Source: Candidatus Nomurabacteria bacterium
GTDB lineage: Bacteria > Patescibacteriota > Minisyncoccia > Phycocordibacterales > UBA5272
Assembly (NCBI GenBank): GCA_029288775.1
Contig: JARIGQ010000004.1
Location: 67,303 to 131,302, forward strand
Length of the DNA stretch: 64,000 bases
Direction of reading: 5' to 3'
Within the stretch, counting starts at the first letter, position 1. Each line of letters starts with the position of its first letter. The notes under the pieces are model-generated. The model did no database searches, was not told the DNA's origin, and saw nothing but the letters and a program-made list of their open reading frames with translations. Positions 35,013-46,219 of this stretch are shown one piece after another. The position numbers and the translations under genes were made by a program.

Positions 35013-36893
35013 ATGGGAAAAATCATTGGTATTGACTTAGGAACAACCAACTCTGCTGTTGCTATCATTGAAGGAGGACAGCCGAAAATTATAGAAAACA
35101 TTGAAGGTAATCGTACGACACCTTCTGTTGTGTCCGTAAATAAAAATGGGGAGCGAAGTGTTGGACAGATTGCAAAGCGTCAAGCGGTAACCAACCCGGA
35201 AAATACCATCTATGGCGTAAAGCGCTTCATGGGGCATGGTTATGATGATGCTGAAGTTCAGGCGGATATTCCTCGCGTGCCGTACAAGATTAAGAAGGGA
35301 GACAACGGCGGAACATTAATCACGCTGGGTGGTAAGGACTACCGGCCGGAAGAAGTGTCAGCTATGATCTTGCAAAAGATTAAAAGTGACGTCGAGGCAA
35401 AGCTTGGCGAGAAGATTACCGAAGCGGTAATTACTGTGCCTGCCTATTTCAACGATACGCAGCGTCAAGCTACTGTGGATGCGGGTAAAATCGCAGGACT
35501 CGATGTAAAGCGTATTATTCCTGAACCAACAGCAGCAGCCCTTGCGTATGGATTCAATTCAACCAAGAATGAAAAGCTTGCTGTCTTTGACTTCGGTGGT
35601 GGAACATTTGATATCTCTATATTGGAAGTGGGCGATGGTGTGGTTGAAGTAAAGTCGGTAGACGGAGATTCTCACTTGGGAGGTCGCGACATCGACCAGA
35701 AGTTTGTGCGTTTTATTGCAGATGAGTTCAAGAAGGATCAGGGTATTGATATTACCAATGATCCGCTTGCACTTCAGCGTCTGGATGAAGCAGCTGAAAA
35801 GGCAAAGCATGAACTTTCCACACAGCTTGAAACCGAAATCAATCTTCCGTTCATTACTTCTGGTGCCGACGGACCAAAGCACTTGGTAATGAAGGTATCC
35901 CGTGCGCAATTGGAAGGCATTGCGCGCGAATTTGTGGATCGATCAATTGAAATCACACAGCGTGCACTTTCGAATTCTCCATTCAAGAAGGAAGAAATCA
36001 ATGAAATTATCATGGTGGGTGGACAGACACGTATGCCAATGATTGTGGATGCTGTGAAGGCGCTTTTTGGCAAAGAACCAAATCGCTCTATCAATCCAGA
36101 TGAAGTAGTGGCTCTCGGCGCTGCGGTACAGGCGGGTGTGCTTCAAGGGGATGTGAAGGACGTGCTTCTTCTTGATGTGACTCCGCTTTCACTTGGTATT
36201 GAGACGATGGGAGGAGTTGCAACCAAGCTTGTAGAGAAGAATACGACTATTCCAACATCCAAGTCACAGATCTTTTCTACTGCAGCGGACAATCAGACGT
36301 CCGTTGAAATTCATATCACCCAAGGTGAGCGTCCCATGGCAGCAGACAACAAGTCGCTTGGTCGCTTTATCCTTGACGGCATTCCACCAGCACCTCGTGG
36401 TATGCCGCAAGTCGAAGTAACCTTTGACCTAGATGCCAACGGAATTCTCCAGGTGAAGGCTAAAGATAAGGCATCGGGTAAGGAACAATCCATTCGCATT
36501 GAGGCATCATCTGGACTTTCTGATGAAGATATCAAGCGTATGCAATCTGAAGCCGAAGCGCATGCAGAAGAAGACAAGAAAAAGATGGAGCTTGCTGAAG
36601 CTAAGAATCTTGCAGATCAAATGATTCATACTGCCGAAAAGGCGCTTAAGGATGCTGAAGGAAAAGTGGGAGAGGAAATAAAGACAGAAGTAAATGCTGC
36701 AATCGGTGAAACCAAGACTGCTCGTGATGGATCAGACACCGCTTCCATCAAGGCTGCAACGGAGAAGCTTTCAAACACCATGATGAAAATTGGTGAAGCT
36801 ATGAAAACTGTGCAAGATAACACAGAGCAAGCTTCTGGAACGGATACACCACATACCGAAGGAGGAGAGAATCCATCTCCTGTAACCAAGTAA
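35013..36893 (+). CDS. dnaK: Chaperone DnaK (Hsp70)
   Basis: [18 protein letters not shown] motifs. Confidence 0.97.
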   Translation: MGKIIGIDLGTTNSAVAIIEGGQPKIIENIEGNRTTPSVVSVNKNGERSVGQIAKRQAVTNPENTIYGVKRFMGHGYDDAEVQADIPRVPYKIKKGDNGGTLITLGGKDYRPEEVSAMILQKIKSDVEAKLGEKITEAVITVPAYFNDTQRQATVDAGKIAGLDVKRIIPEPTAAALAYGFNSTKNEKLAVFDFGGGTFDISILEVGDGVVEVKSVDGDSHLGGRDIDQKFVRFIADEFKKDQGIDITNDPLALQRLDEAAEKAKHELSTQLETEINLPFITSGADGPKHLVMKVSRAQLEGIAREFVDRSIEITQRALSNSPFKKEEINEIIMVGGQTRMPMIVDAVKALFGKEPNRSINPDEVVALGAAVQAGVLQGDVKDVLLLDVTPLSLGIETMGGVATKLVEKNTTIPTSKSQIFSTAADNQTSVEIHITQGERPMAADNKSLGRFILDGIPPAPRGMPQVEVTFDLDANGILQVKAKDKASGKEQSIRIEASSGLSDEDIKRMQSEAEAHAEEDKKKMELAEAKNLADQMIHTAEKALKDAEGKVGEEIKTEVNAAIGETKTARDGSDTASIKAATEKLSNTMMKIGEAMKTVQDNTEQASGTDTPHTEGGENPSPVTK

Positions 36894-36941
36894 GACACAT
36901 TTTTGCTGTACGTCTTCTAAAGTGGTATAACAAGGAAATCT

Positions 36942-38009
36942 ATGACCAAAAATTACTATGATGTCTTGGGAGTTGATAAGAATGCTTCCAAAGAAGAGAT
37001 CAAGAAGGCGTTCTATAAACTTGCGGCTAAATACCACCCTGACAAGGGAGGCGATGAAGCGAAGTTTAAGGAAGTAAACGAGGCTTATCAGGTGCTTTCG
37101 GACGACAAGAAGCGCAAAGAATACGACACGTATGGTCAGACCTTCAACGGCCAAGGACCTATGGGTGGCGGATTTGGCGGATTCAATGCGTCTGATTTTG
37201 CCGACATGCAATTTGATTTTGGCGATCTAGGTGACATGTTCGGAGATATCTTTGGCGGATTTGGTGGTGGTACTCGAACTCGCCGTGGACGGGATATTTC
37301 GCTTGAGATAGATGTGACGTTTAAGGAGTCGGTATTTGGTACCGAGCGCAACGTGCTTATCAACAAAGTAGGCACGTGTGACACCTGTGAAGGAACGGGT
37401 GCAAAGAAAGGCTCGGAGATGATTACCTGTACCACCTGTAATGGTCAAGGAAAGGTGCACGATGTGAAGCGGACCGTTTTTGGTAATTTCCAATCGGTGC
37501 GTACATGCGACACCTGTCATGGAACGGGTAAGATGCCGAAAGAGCGTTGTCATGTATGTCGAGGTGTGGGAGTAACAAACAAGCGCGAAGAAATTCATAT
37601 CGAAGTGCCTGCCGGTATTTCTAATGGCGAAATGATTCGCATGTCAGGCATGGGTGAAGCCGTGTCTGGAGGTCAAAGCGGAGATCTCTACGTTAAGATT
37701 AATGTACAAGCAGATAAGCTTTGGAAGCGAGAAGGGAATGATTTGGTTATCAAGCATTCTATTAAGCTCACTGATGCACTCCTTGGAGTAAAGCAGTCTG
37801 TCGAAGGCTTGGATGGTCTAATTGATTTGGATATTCCAGCCGGAGTTTCGGCAGGGGAAGTGCTTCGTGTAAAGAATCGCGGAGTGCCTCATGTGCACGA
37901 TAAGAAAGCGCGTGGAGATGTACTTGTGAAGCTTGATATTGCCATGCCCAAGAAGTTGTCCAAGAAGGCAATGAGTCTTGTCGAGCAGATGAAAGAAGAA
38001 GGGCTCTAA
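36942..38009 (+). CDS. dnaJ: Chaperone DnaJ
   Basis: J-domain HPD; four CxxCxGxG zinc-finger repeats. Confidence 0.95.
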   Translation: MTKNYYDVLGVDKNASKEEIKKAFYKLAAKYHPDKGGDEAKFKEVNEAYQVLSDDKKRKEYDTYGQTFNGQGPMGGGFGGFNASDFADMQFDFGDLGDMFGDIFGGFGGGTRTRRGRDISLEIDVTFKESVFGTERNVLINKVGTCDTCEGTGAKKGSEMITCTTCNGQGKVHDVKRTVFGNFQSVRTCDTCHGTGKMPKERCHVCRGVGVTNKREEIHIEVPAGISNGEMIRMSGMGEAVSGGQSGDLYVKINVQADKLWKREGNDLVIKHSIKLTDALLGVKQSVEGLDGLIDLDIPAGVSAGEVLRVKNRGVPHVHDKKARGDVLVKLDIAMPKKLSKKAMSLVEQMKEEGL

Positions 38010-38017
38010 AAACGATT

Positions 38018-38053
38018 TAAAACACGCCTGCAATTGCAGGCGTGTTTCTATTT
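38018..38053 (+). terminator. Intrinsic terminator after dnaJ
   Basis: ACACGCCTGCAATTGCAGGCGTGT followed by TTCTATTT. Confidence 0.7.
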
Positions 38054-38124
38054 GCAATTACCTTACAAGTTTTCTAGAATGAGGCTTTCTGTTGTTCGTT
38101 GTTCTAACAAAGAGGAGAGAGGTG

Positions 38125-38823
38125 ATGTCTGATGAAATTATCGTTCTACAGTTTTTTCCCGAAGGAGAAAAGAGGTACCGTTTTGAGCCCAATTGGGTAT
38201 CGCGGTACTTACAGGTTTCCACATTCGAGCTTAACGCATTGTTTGAGGTTGAGATCTTTGGTTATCGCTTGCGATACCGTTTTTCCCCCAATTCGCACAG
38301 CGACTGGGTGTGTCCACACTCGTGGTATCGCTTGAATTCCGCGGTTGGAAACCCCGATGCCTCGGATTATCTTCGTCCACTCAATTCGTGGATACTCAAA
38401 GACCCGGTAGGTTTCATTCCGTCTGAAGAGGATCTTGTAGAAGAAACAACCTGGCGCAGAACGCTCCCGAAGCGCTTTCGTGTCGGCCGCTGGCAAGAAG
38501 CTACTTTCCAGCAGGTGCGTGCGTATTATGTTCGCGAAGCTTGTCGAGAAATGGTGCAATACCAGCGGTTGTTATTGGAGTGGTCGCACGTGGGCCGGAA
38601 ACAAGACCAGGAGGAATGGAGTTTCGGCTCTCCTCAGAACAGAGCTACCTTCCGTAGAAACATGAAACTACAACAGAAGAATGTTCTCGAGGCCAAAAGG
38701 AAGCTGGAGTTTCTTCAGCAAAATCATGCACCTAGTTTCCTGACGGCGTATGCGAGTGGTCAGCTTCTGCAGGAAAGGCAAATCCTAGACAAGATGCACG
38801 AAGCGCTGCTTGTTTGCCTGTGA
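38125..38823 (+). CDS. Hypothetical protein, higher GC, strong SD (AAGAGGAGAGAGG)
   Basis: ORF with SD; no recognisable domain. Confidence 0.5.
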   Translation: MSDEIIVLQFFPEGEKRYRFEPNWVSRYLQVSTFELNALFEVEIFGYRLRYRFSPNSHSDWVCPHSWYRLNSAVGNPDASDYLRPLNSWILKDPVGFIPSEEDLVEETTWRRTLPKRFRVGRWQEATFQQVRAYYVREACREMVQYQRLLLEWSHVGRKQDQEEWSFGSPQNRATFRRNMKLQQKNVLEAKRKLEFLQQNHAPSFLTAYASGQLLQERQILDKMHEALLVCL

Positions 38824-38825
38824 CA

Positions 38826-38860
38826 ACCGGCCAGTACCCAGTGGGTGCTGGCCGTTTTCT
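38826..38860 (+). terminator. Intrinsic terminator
   Basis: CGGCCAGTACCC/GGGTGCTGGCCG hairpin followed by TTTTC. Confidence 0.6.
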
Positions 38861-38917
38861 ATTGTTTAAATTTGCTATACACTAGTTTCAATTATCTCTA
38901 TAACCTAGATCCAAACC

Positions 38918-40327
38918 ATGATCATCCCACTTTCGATTCTTGCCTATGCGGTTGTGATGATACTTATCGGTGTGTACGCAGCACGCAAAGTTAAGAACTC
39001 TGAAGATTATGTGCTTGCAGGTCGCTCGCTTCCTTTTTATATGGCACTTTCGACTGTGTTTGCGACCTGGTTTGGTTCTGAATCTATTTTGGGAGCGGGG
39101 AGTAAGTTTGCAGAAGGCGGCTTCCGTAATGTGATCGAAGATCCATTTGGGGCAGGATTATGTCTTATCATTGCTGGCATCTTTTTTAACCGTAAGCTTT
39201 ACCGACTGCACTTTCTTACCATTGGAGACTTTTTTAAATCGCGCTACAACACGACGATTGCCACCTTTCAGTCTATTGTGATTGTGGTGAGCTATTTCGG
39301 GTGGGTAGCGGCGCAATTTCTGGCTCTGGGGGTGATTCTCCATACTATTCTTCCAGGGCTCTCAATAACGGTATGGATGCTTATTTCGGCATGTGTGGTA
39401 ACGGTGTACACCATTATGGGTGGTATGGTTTCGGTTGCGCTCCATGATACCGTGCAGACTGGAATTATTATCATAGGACTTATTGCAGTGCTTGCTGCTG
39501 TGCTTCCGCTTGTGGGAGGAGTAGAAGGATTTGTTGCAATTATTCCTCCAGATCATTTAAATGTCTTCCCTAAGAGTACCGATTCGATGTTGGCGTGGAT
39601 AGCATTTGCAACGGCTCTTATGACGCAAGGGTTTGGAAGTATTCCTCAGCAGGATATTTATCAGCGCGCCATGTCAGCTCGTAATGAAAAAGAAAGTATG
39701 TGGGCTTCCATTGTTGGAGGATTACTTTATTTTTCTATTGTCATGGTTCCAATAGCTATCGGTATGATTGCCGCCCATGTCTATCCGGATGTCCTTGCCG
39801 TTGATTCTCAGTTGCTTATTCCAAAATTAATTAACGAACACACTTCGAGTATTCTTCAGGTTGTATTTTTCGGAGCACTCCTTTCTGCTATTCTTTCAAC
39901 TGCCTCTGGCGCTCTTTTGGCGCCGGCTACTCTTCTTGCTGAAAACATCATTAAACCTTTTTACACCTCTATGCATGACAAGTTGCGACTGCTTACCATT
40001 CAGGCAGGTGTTGTGGTTGTGGCACTTGGTGCTATTTTCCTTGCGCGCAATCCGGACGCTCACATTTATGAGTTGGTTGGTAGTGCGTATAGCGTAACGC
40101 TTGTAGCCGGATTTGTGCCGCTTGCCTTTGGACTCCATACAAAATGGGTAAATAGCTTAGGCGCTCTTACTTCCATCATCGCTGGTATCGGTTGCTGGCA
40201 ATTGGCAGACTATTCCCAAACAGCTATTCCTCCGACATTTGTCGGTTTTTCTGCATCGCTTCTAGGTATTATTATTGGTTCTTATCTCGGTAATTTCATC
40301 CGCTCTGAGGAAAAGGTGATGGTGTAA
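38918..40327 (+). CDS. Sodium:solute symporter (SSS) family transporter
   Basis: About 13 TM; SSS N-terminal signature GRSLPFY...FATWFG. Confidence 0.8.
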   Translation: MIIPLSILAYAVVMILIGVYAARKVKNSEDYVLAGRSLPFYMALSTVFATWFGSESILGAGSKFAEGGFRNVIEDPFGAGLCLIIAGIFFNRKLYRLHFLTIGDFFKSRYNTTIATFQSIVIVVSYFGWVAAQFLALGVILHTILPGLSITVWMLISACVVTVYTIMGGMVSVALHDTVQTGIIIIGLIAVLAAVLPLVGGVEGFVAIIPPDHLNVFPKSTDSMLAWIAFATALMTQGFGSIPQQDIYQRAMSARNEKESMWASIVGGLLYFSIVMVPIAIGMIAAHVYPDVLAVDSQLLIPKLINEHTSSILQVVFFGALLSAILSTASGALLAPATLLAENIIKPFYTSMHDKLRLLTIQAGVVVVALGAIFLARNPDAHIYELVGSAYSVTLVAGFVPLAFGLHTKWVNSLGALTSIIAGIGCWQLADYSQTAIPPTFVGFSASLLGIIIGSYLGNFIRSEEKVMV

Positions 40328-40336
40328 TGCTATACT
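40328..40336 (+). promoter_or_regulatory. Extended -10 TGcTATACT, 6 nt before the trpS ATG (leaderless)
   Basis: TGnTATACT. Confidence 0.5.
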
Positions 40337-40342
40337 TTCTCT

Positions 40343-41341
40343 ATGTTTGGTTTTTCTTCCACCTCTAAACGTATTTTGGTATCTGGTATTCAAGCCACAG
40401 GTAAGCTTCACTTTGGCAATTATTTCGGTGCAATGAAGCAAAATATTGATTTAGCTAACAGTGGAGAATTTACTCCCTATATTTTTATTGCCGATTATCA
40501 CGCTCTCACTACTGTAAAGGACAGGGAAGCGCTTCGTCAAAGTGCTCTTGAAATAGCGGCGGCATATATTGCATGTGGTTTGGATACTTCGCGCGCGATC
40601 TTATTTCGGCAATCATTTGTGCCGCAGCATACCGAACTTGCATGGGTATTAAATAACGTGGTTACCATGCCGTATCTTATGCGTGCCCACGCGTACAAGG
40701 ATCATGAAGCGAAAGACAAAGAAGTAAATGTCGGATTATTTGATTATCCGGTATTAATGGCGGCTGATATTTTGATGTATCAAGCAGATGTGGTACCGGT
40801 AGGACAAGATCAGAAGCAACACATCGAGTACGCGCGTGACATCGCTGGATTTTATAATCGTGCATGGAATGTCGAGCAGTTTAAGCTTCCTAAGGATTTG
40901 ATTTTGGAAACGGTTGCGATAGTACCAGGTATCGACGGACAGAAAATGAGTAAGAGTAAAGGAAATGTCATTTCACTTTTTGGTACAGATGAAGAAGTAC
41001 GTAAGGCAGTAATGTCCGTTGTTACTGACTCTAAGGCACCCAGTGAGAAAAAGGACCCAGATACCAATAACGTATACGCTATTCATAAACTTTTTCTTAC
41101 CAATGCAGAAGATGCAGAGCTTCGACGTAGGTTTGAGCAGGGAGGCTATGGATACAAAGAGGCAAAAGAAGCGTTACTTGCCGCTATTATGAAATGGCGT
41201 GAAGGCAAGAAAGCTCTCTTTGATGATTTGATGCAGCACCCGGAGAAGATTGAAAGAATTCTTGAAGAGGGGGGCAGGAAAGCTCGTAAACAGGCAGAAG
41301 AAACAATGAAAGCGGTGCGCACTCAGGTTGGCTTACAATAA
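40343..41341 (+). CDS. trpS: Tryptophanyl-tRNA synthetase
   Basis: HFGNYFG HIGH-type motif and KMSKS. Confidence 0.92.
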   Translation: MFGFSSTSKRILVSGIQATGKLHFGNYFGAMKQNIDLANSGEFTPYIFIADYHALTTVKDREALRQSALEIAAAYIACGLDTSRAILFRQSFVPQHTELAWVLNNVVTMPYLMRAHAYKDHEAKDKEVNVGLFDYPVLMAADILMYQADVVPVGQDQKQHIEYARDIAGFYNRAWNVEQFKLPKDLILETVAIVPGIDGQKMSKSKGNVISLFGTDEEVRKAVMSVVTDSKAPSEKKDPDTNNVYAIHKLFLTNAEDAELRRRFEQGGYGYKEAKEALLAAIMKWREGKKALFDDLMQHPEKIERILEEGGRKARKQAEETMKAVRTQVGLQ

Positions 41342-41352
41342 CGTTTTTATTT

Positions 41353-41361
41353 TGATATAGT
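41353..41361 (+). promoter_or_regulatory. Extended -10 TGaTATAGT, 9 nt before the aspS ATG
   Basis: TGnTAnnnT. Confidence 0.45.
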
Positions 41362-41370
41362 AGAGAAACT

Positions 41371-42777
41371 ATGCGTACGTATATCAAGGATATTTCAGGA
41401 TTTGTTGGGAAAGAGGTGGAAGTCTCGGGGTGGATAGACGTGCGCCGCGACCAGGGTAAGATGGTCTTTTTGGACTTGCGAGATGTAACAGGTAAAGTGC
41501 AGGCGGTTGTGCTTCCAAACCATGAAGAAGCGCTTTTGGTTGCACAGAAAGTCCGCTCGGAGTGGGTGGTAAAGGTGAGCGCACAGGTAAACAAGCGCCC
41601 AGAAAAAAATATTAAAGCTGGAGTGGTCAATGGCGATGTCGAACTCGAAGTGCTTGCAATTGAAGTATTAAATGAAGCAGAGACTCCTGCTTTTGATATT
41701 TCCACAGATGGGTATGAAGTAAACGAAGAAGTCCGCCTGGAAAAGAAGTATCTGGATCAGCGACGGGCTCGCATTCAGCGCAATGTGCAGCTCCGCCATA
41801 AGGTGGCAAAGTTCATTCGTGATGAATTGGATAAGCAACACTTTTTTGAAATAGAAACACCTCTTCTTACTAACCCCACTCCAGAAGGATCTCGATCCTA
41901 TCTTGTGCCTTCACGCTTATGGAACGGAAACTTCTATGCGCTCCCGCAATCTCCGCAGCAGTACAAGCAGCTTTTGATGGCAGGAGGATTCGAACGCTAT
42001 TTTCAATTTGCAAAATGTATGCGCGATGAAGACACACGTGGCGATCGCCAGCCAGAATTCACGCAGCTCGACATGGAGATGAGCTTTGTTTCGCAGGGGG
42101 ATGTTATGAAGCTTAATGAAGAGCTGCTCATTAAGCTTGTTACTCAACTTTTCCCTGAAAAACGCATCCAGCAGGTCCCGTTTCCTGTGCTTACCTATAA
42201 AGAAGCGATGGAAAAGTATGGGTCTGATAAGCCGGATCTTCGCGAAAATAAGAATGATCCAAATCTGCTTGCGTTTTGCTGGGTTGCAGATTTTCCTTTC
42301 TTTGAGAAGACAGGAGAGGATAACGTGGATGGAACAGGTGAGTGGACGTTTACGCATAACCCTTTTTCTCGGCCAAAAGAGGAGTACATGCAGGATTTGA
42401 TGGAGAAGAAAAATATTGGAGATATCTTAACAACGCAATACGACTTTGCATTAAACGGATACGAAGTGGGAGGGGGATCCATACGCAACCATACTCCAGA
42501 AGCTCTTCGCAAAGTATTTGAAATTATGGGCTACGATGCAGAGCGCATCGAAAAGAATTTCGGCCACATGCTTCGTGCACTTGCATCAGGTACGCCGCCA
42601 CACGGTGGAATTGCGTGGGGATTTGACCGCTTGATGATGATTTTACTTAACGAACCAAACATCCGGGAAACGATGGCATTCCCTAAGACAGGTGAAGGAA
42701 AAGACCTTTTGATGCAGGCACCAAGTCCGGCACCAGACAAGACTCTGCGCGAGCTTGGGATTACCTTCAAGAAATAA
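41371..42777 (+). CDS. aspS: Aspartyl-tRNA synthetase, compact form lacking the GAD insertion (possibly non-discriminating)
   Basis: QSPQQYKQLLM and CMRDEDTRGDRQPEFTQLDME motif 2; 468 aa. Confidence 0.85.
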   Translation: MRTYIKDISGFVGKEVEVSGWIDVRRDQGKMVFLDLRDVTGKVQAVVLPNHEEALLVAQKVRSEWVVKVSAQVNKRPEKNIKAGVVNGDVELEVLAIEVLNEAETPAFDISTDGYEVNEEVRLEKKYLDQRRARIQRNVQLRHKVAKFIRDELDKQHFFEIETPLLTNPTPEGSRSYLVPSRLWNGNFYALPQSPQQYKQLLMAGGFERYFQFAKCMRDEDTRGDRQPEFTQLDMEMSFVSQGDVMKLNEELLIKLVTQLFPEKRIQQVPFPVLTYKEAMEKYGSDKPDLRENKNDPNLLAFCWVADFPFFEKTGEDNVDGTGEWTFTHNPFSRPKEEYMQDLMEKKNIGDILTTQYDFALNGYEVGGGSIRNHTPEALRKVFEIMGYDAERIEKNFGHMLRALASGTPPHGGIAWGFDRLMMILLNEPNIRETMAFPKTGEGKDLLMQAPSPAPDKTLRELGITFKK

Positions 42778-42825
42778 TCTGGGTTTTTTGTCACGCAAGC
42801 CAAGAAAGCTTGTTATACTAGATAC

Positions 42826-43989
42826 ATGTCAAAGAAGCTTTTTGCTGCGTGTGCAGTCATTTTTGTTGGTGTTCTTGGCGGAGTACATCTTTTTGCTGCT
42901 ACAAAGGCCCCAACATTTGATATTAGTGTATGGATTCCCTATTGGCAGAAAACCGCAGGAGCTTCTTCTACGCTCACACATTTGGATAACGTAACCCAAA
43001 TCAGCCCTTTTGCGTATGAATTACAAGATGACGGAAGCATTAAAAATGCACTTAAAGCAACAGAGGAGCCGTGGCCTTCACTTATAGAAGAGGCACGCAA
43101 GAAAAATATCAAGATTTATCCAAGCATCCTTTCGTACGCATCAACGCCAACGGATCAGTACGCTATTTATCTTCTCTTAGCTCAAAAAAAGAAGCGCCTG
43201 GCTCATGTAGACGCAATTGTGGATCTGGTAAAGACAAATAAGTTTGACGGCATAGATATCGATTATGAAAATAAGCTTGCAGAAGATCGTGCTTATTTTT
43301 CTATCTTTTTAACTGAACTTGGAACCGCGCTTCATAAAAACGGAAAGAAGCTTATTTGTACTGTAGAAGCTCGCACGCCACCTGAAAGCAGATATGCAAC
43401 TACCTCCCAAGAAATTTTGAAGAAAGTAGAATATTCCAACGATTATAAAACTATCGGAAGTGTATGTGATCAGGTGCGTATTATGGCTTATGATCAAGGT
43501 GGGGACGATGCACTTTTGGTAAAGCAAAACGCGGCACTTGGGAATGTCTATAAGCCGGTAGCGGATATTAATTGGGTCATGAAAGTTGCAACGCTCGCAT
43601 TGTCTGATATTCCTGCTAAGAAAATTATACTCGGGGTGCCTACATACGGCTATAAATATGAAGTCATTCCTGCAACCGGAACATCAACCCAACTCTATTC
43701 GCGTATTGGTTCTATGAATTGGAATTACGCAGATGGTTTAGCAAAAAGTATTGGAGTAACTCCTACGAGAAACACTGCAGGAGAGTTGAGTTTTACTTAT
43801 GCTACAACAACTGGTGTCAATGGTGAAAGCTTAGGGGGTTGGCATCAGTATTTGGTGTGGTATAGCGATGCCCAAGCAATAGCTGACAAGCTTCGCATTG
43901 CGAAGTTATACAAGTTGGGCGGTATGAGTATCTTTAAAATAGACGGAGGTCAGGATCCGGGGATTTGGAGTGTATTAGGAACTCATTAA
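42826..43989 (+). CDS. Secreted glycoside hydrolase family 18 protein
   Basis: Signal peptide; DGIDIDYE catalytic DxxDxDxE motif. Confidence 0.7.
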   Translation: MSKKLFAACAVIFVGVLGGVHLFAATKAPTFDISVWIPYWQKTAGASSTLTHLDNVTQISPFAYELQDDGSIKNALKATEEPWPSLIEEARKKNIKIYPSILSYASTPTDQYAIYLLLAQKKKRLAHVDAIVDLVKTNKFDGIDIDYENKLAEDRAYFSIFLTELGTALHKNGKKLICTVEARTPPESRYATTSQEILKKVEYSNDYKTIGSVCDQVRIMAYDQGGDDALLVKQNAALGNVYKPVADINWVMKVATLALSDIPAKKIILGVPTYGYKYEVIPATGTSTQLYSRIGSMNWNYADGLAKSIGVTPTRNTAGELSFTYATTTGVNGESLGGWHQYLVWYSDAQAIADKLRIAKLYKLGGMSIFKIDGGQDPGIWSVLGTH

Positions 43990-43994
43990 GTTTC

Positions 43995-44711
43995 ATGGAA
44001 TTTACCGTCAAACTAGATAGATTTGAAGGTCCCTATACCAAGCTTTTGGAATTGATCGAAGAGCGTAAGCTCTCCATCACGGAAATTTCCCTGGTTTCTG
44101 TTGCTGATGAGTATATAGCGTACATTAAATCGTTAGGGGAGAAGAATATGGTTGATATTTCCCAATTTATTGTTGTCGCATCAACGTTAATGCTTATGAA
44201 GGCGAAGTCGCTTCTCCCTGGGGTGACGTATACCGAAGAAGAGGAAAAACAGGTACACGATCTGGAGCAAAAACTTGCAGCGTATGCCTTGCTTCAGGAA
44301 GCATGTGGAAAGGTACGTACTGTATATATGAAGCACCCATTGTTTTCCCGTGAGCGGGTGGCCTATAAAGGAAAGCCAGTGTTTGTGCCTGATGCACGCG
44401 TGACCAAAGACATGCTTCAGTCAATAGCTAAGCTTACGATTGCCTCCTTTGTTACTCCGAAAGCGCTTGTGAAAGTTGCCGTAGAAACAGCCTTGCGCAT
44501 TGAAAACGTAATAGAGTCGCTCCTTGAGCGAGTGCAGAAAATGCAGTCGGTTACGCTTAAAAGTTTGGCCGATGGTGCAAAGTCGGTCGAAGAGCGTAAA
44601 AAGCTTCTTATTGTTAATTTTATTGCTTTACTTGAGCTTGTCAGGTCTGGCGCTATTCGTGCCGAACAGTCAGATGGAGGTGATATAGAAATTCAAAGTT
44701 TGCCTGCATAG
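43995..44711 (+). CDS. scpA: Segregation and condensation protein A
   Basis: ScpA N-terminal signature KLDRFEGPYTKLLELIE. Confidence 0.85.
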   Translation: MEFTVKLDRFEGPYTKLLELIEERKLSITEISLVSVADEYIAYIKSLGEKNMVDISQFIVVASTLMLMKAKSLLPGVTYTEEEEKQVHDLEQKLAAYALLQEACGKVRTVYMKHPLFSRERVAYKGKPVFVPDARVTKDMLQSIAKLTIASFVTPKALVKVAVETALRIENVIESLLERVQKMQSVTLKSLADGAKSVEERKKLLIVNFIALLELVRSGAIRAEQSDGGDIEIQSLPA

Positions 44712-44732
44712 GTAAATGGTACACTATATTCT

Positions 44733-45239
44733 ATGCTACAGAATCTCGTAACGTTGCTCTATCTTTCTGGTGAGCCGATGAAAATAGAAACGCTGGCCTC
44801 TTGTATGCAATGTTCTGCACAGGAGATAGAAAGTCATATAGACGAGCTCAAGAGAGCGCTTGAAGCAATTGGACTTTCGCTTCTGGTGAGTTCTGACGGG
44901 CTTTCGATCGTTACTCAATCCTCACAGGCTGCTCTTGTAGAGCGCTTCTGGAAAGAAGAGTTGCAAGGGGATCTTACTCCAGCCACGCTTCAAGTGCTTA
45001 CCCTTGTTGCGTATCTTGGCAATCCTACACGCGAAGAAATTTCTTATATTCGAGGAGTGCAGTCAACGCAATCCATACGAACGCTTACCGTGCGCGGGCT
45101 TATTTCCCGTCAAGGAGAGACATGTTCGCTTACCGGGCAAGCGTTGCAGGAGTTGGGAGTAACGAGTGTTGAAGAGTTGCCAGATTATGCAATCCTTCAT
45201 GCATCACTTCAAGAAAAATTAGAAGCTCGAGCTGCTTAG
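44733..45239 (+). CDS. scpB: Segregation and condensation protein B
   Basis: Tandem winged-helix ScpB. Confidence 0.85.
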   Translation: MLQNLVTLLYLSGEPMKIETLASCMQCSAQEIESHIDELKRALEAIGLSLLVSSDGLSIVTQSSQAALVERFWKEELQGDLTPATLQVLTLVAYLGNPTREEISYIRGVQSTQSIRTLTVRGLISRQGETCSLTGQALQELGVTSVEELPDYAILHASLQEKLEARAA

Positions 45240-45246
45240 AGAGACT

Positions 45247-46170
45247 ATGATTAAATCCGCCCGTCACGATTATGTGGAACTTTCGTATATGTACGCAGGA
45301 GCTATATCGATTGTGATAATGCTTTCGCTTATCGCTGTTCCAGTCGGGATTCACACCATTGGTCTTATTGCTCCCAAAAAAGATACGAAACTTGAAGTAT
45401 ATAAAAAAGATGCGTTTGGAAGCGTGGTAATAGAAGGAAAAAGCTATGTTGTCTATGATTTAGTGAATAAGCAAGTAATTGCTTCTAAAAATCCGGACGA
45501 ATCACTTCCTCTTGCAAGTATTTCTAAGCTAATGATGGCGCTCACCGCACTTTCTCATTTTGATACATCAACCAAGATTACGATTATGCCAACAAGTATT
45601 GAAGATGGATATGATTTAGGTCTAAAGAAAGGTCAAGTGTGGACTCTTGGTGAACTACTCAAATATACGCTTGTTTTTTCTTCTAATGACGGAGCACGAG
45701 CGATTGCTGATACCCTAGGCGGGGCAGGGGGAAGGCAAGCATTTGTGAAAGCAATGAATGAAGAAAGTAAAAAAAGAGGTCTCTCTCTTATATTTACAGA
45801 TCCGGCGGGAGAGGATTTGAATGGGAAAATTGGAGGAATGGGGAGCGCGCTTGATGTTGCTAAGCTTTTTGCAATTGCACGAGGTACGTATCCGGAAATT
45901 CTTGATGCAACCACACGAACTCGCGTCACTACAAAGGCTAGTAATGGGCTTATTTCTGGTATCCCTAATACCAACCAGGAGATCAATCATTTTTTTGATG
46001 CTGAAGTATCTAAGACTGGTTTTACTGATGCAGCAGGGGGCAATTTGGGTGTGGTGGTAGATATTTCCTTGGGGCACCCGGTAGCCATTGTCGTGCTTGG
46101 ATCGAGCCATGAAGAGCGTTTTTCTGACGTGGAAAAGCTCTATAAGGCGCTTTTGCAGAGTATTGAGTAG
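45247..46170 (+). CDS. D-alanyl-D-alanine carboxypeptidase (S11, PBP5-like)
   Basis: SISKLMM SxxK, SSND SxN, KTGFT KTG motifs. Confidence 0.8.
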   Translation: MIKSARHDYVELSYMYAGAISIVIMLSLIAVPVGIHTIGLIAPKKDTKLEVYKKDAFGSVVIEGKSYVVYDLVNKQVIASKNPDESLPLASISKLMMALTALSHFDTSTKITIMPTSIEDGYDLGLKKGQVWTLGELLKYTLVFSSNDGARAIADTLGGAGGRQAFVKAMNEESKKRGLSLIFTDPAGEDLNGKIGGMGSALDVAKLFAIARGTYPEILDATTRTRVTTKASNGLISGIPNTNQEINHFFDAEVSKTGFTDAAGGNLGVVVDISLGHPVAIVVLGSSHEERFSDVEKLYKALLQSIE

Positions 46171-46219
46171 CGGGGAATTGTGCCTTAAACCCCATGCTTT
46201 TATGTGATAGTATAAAAGC

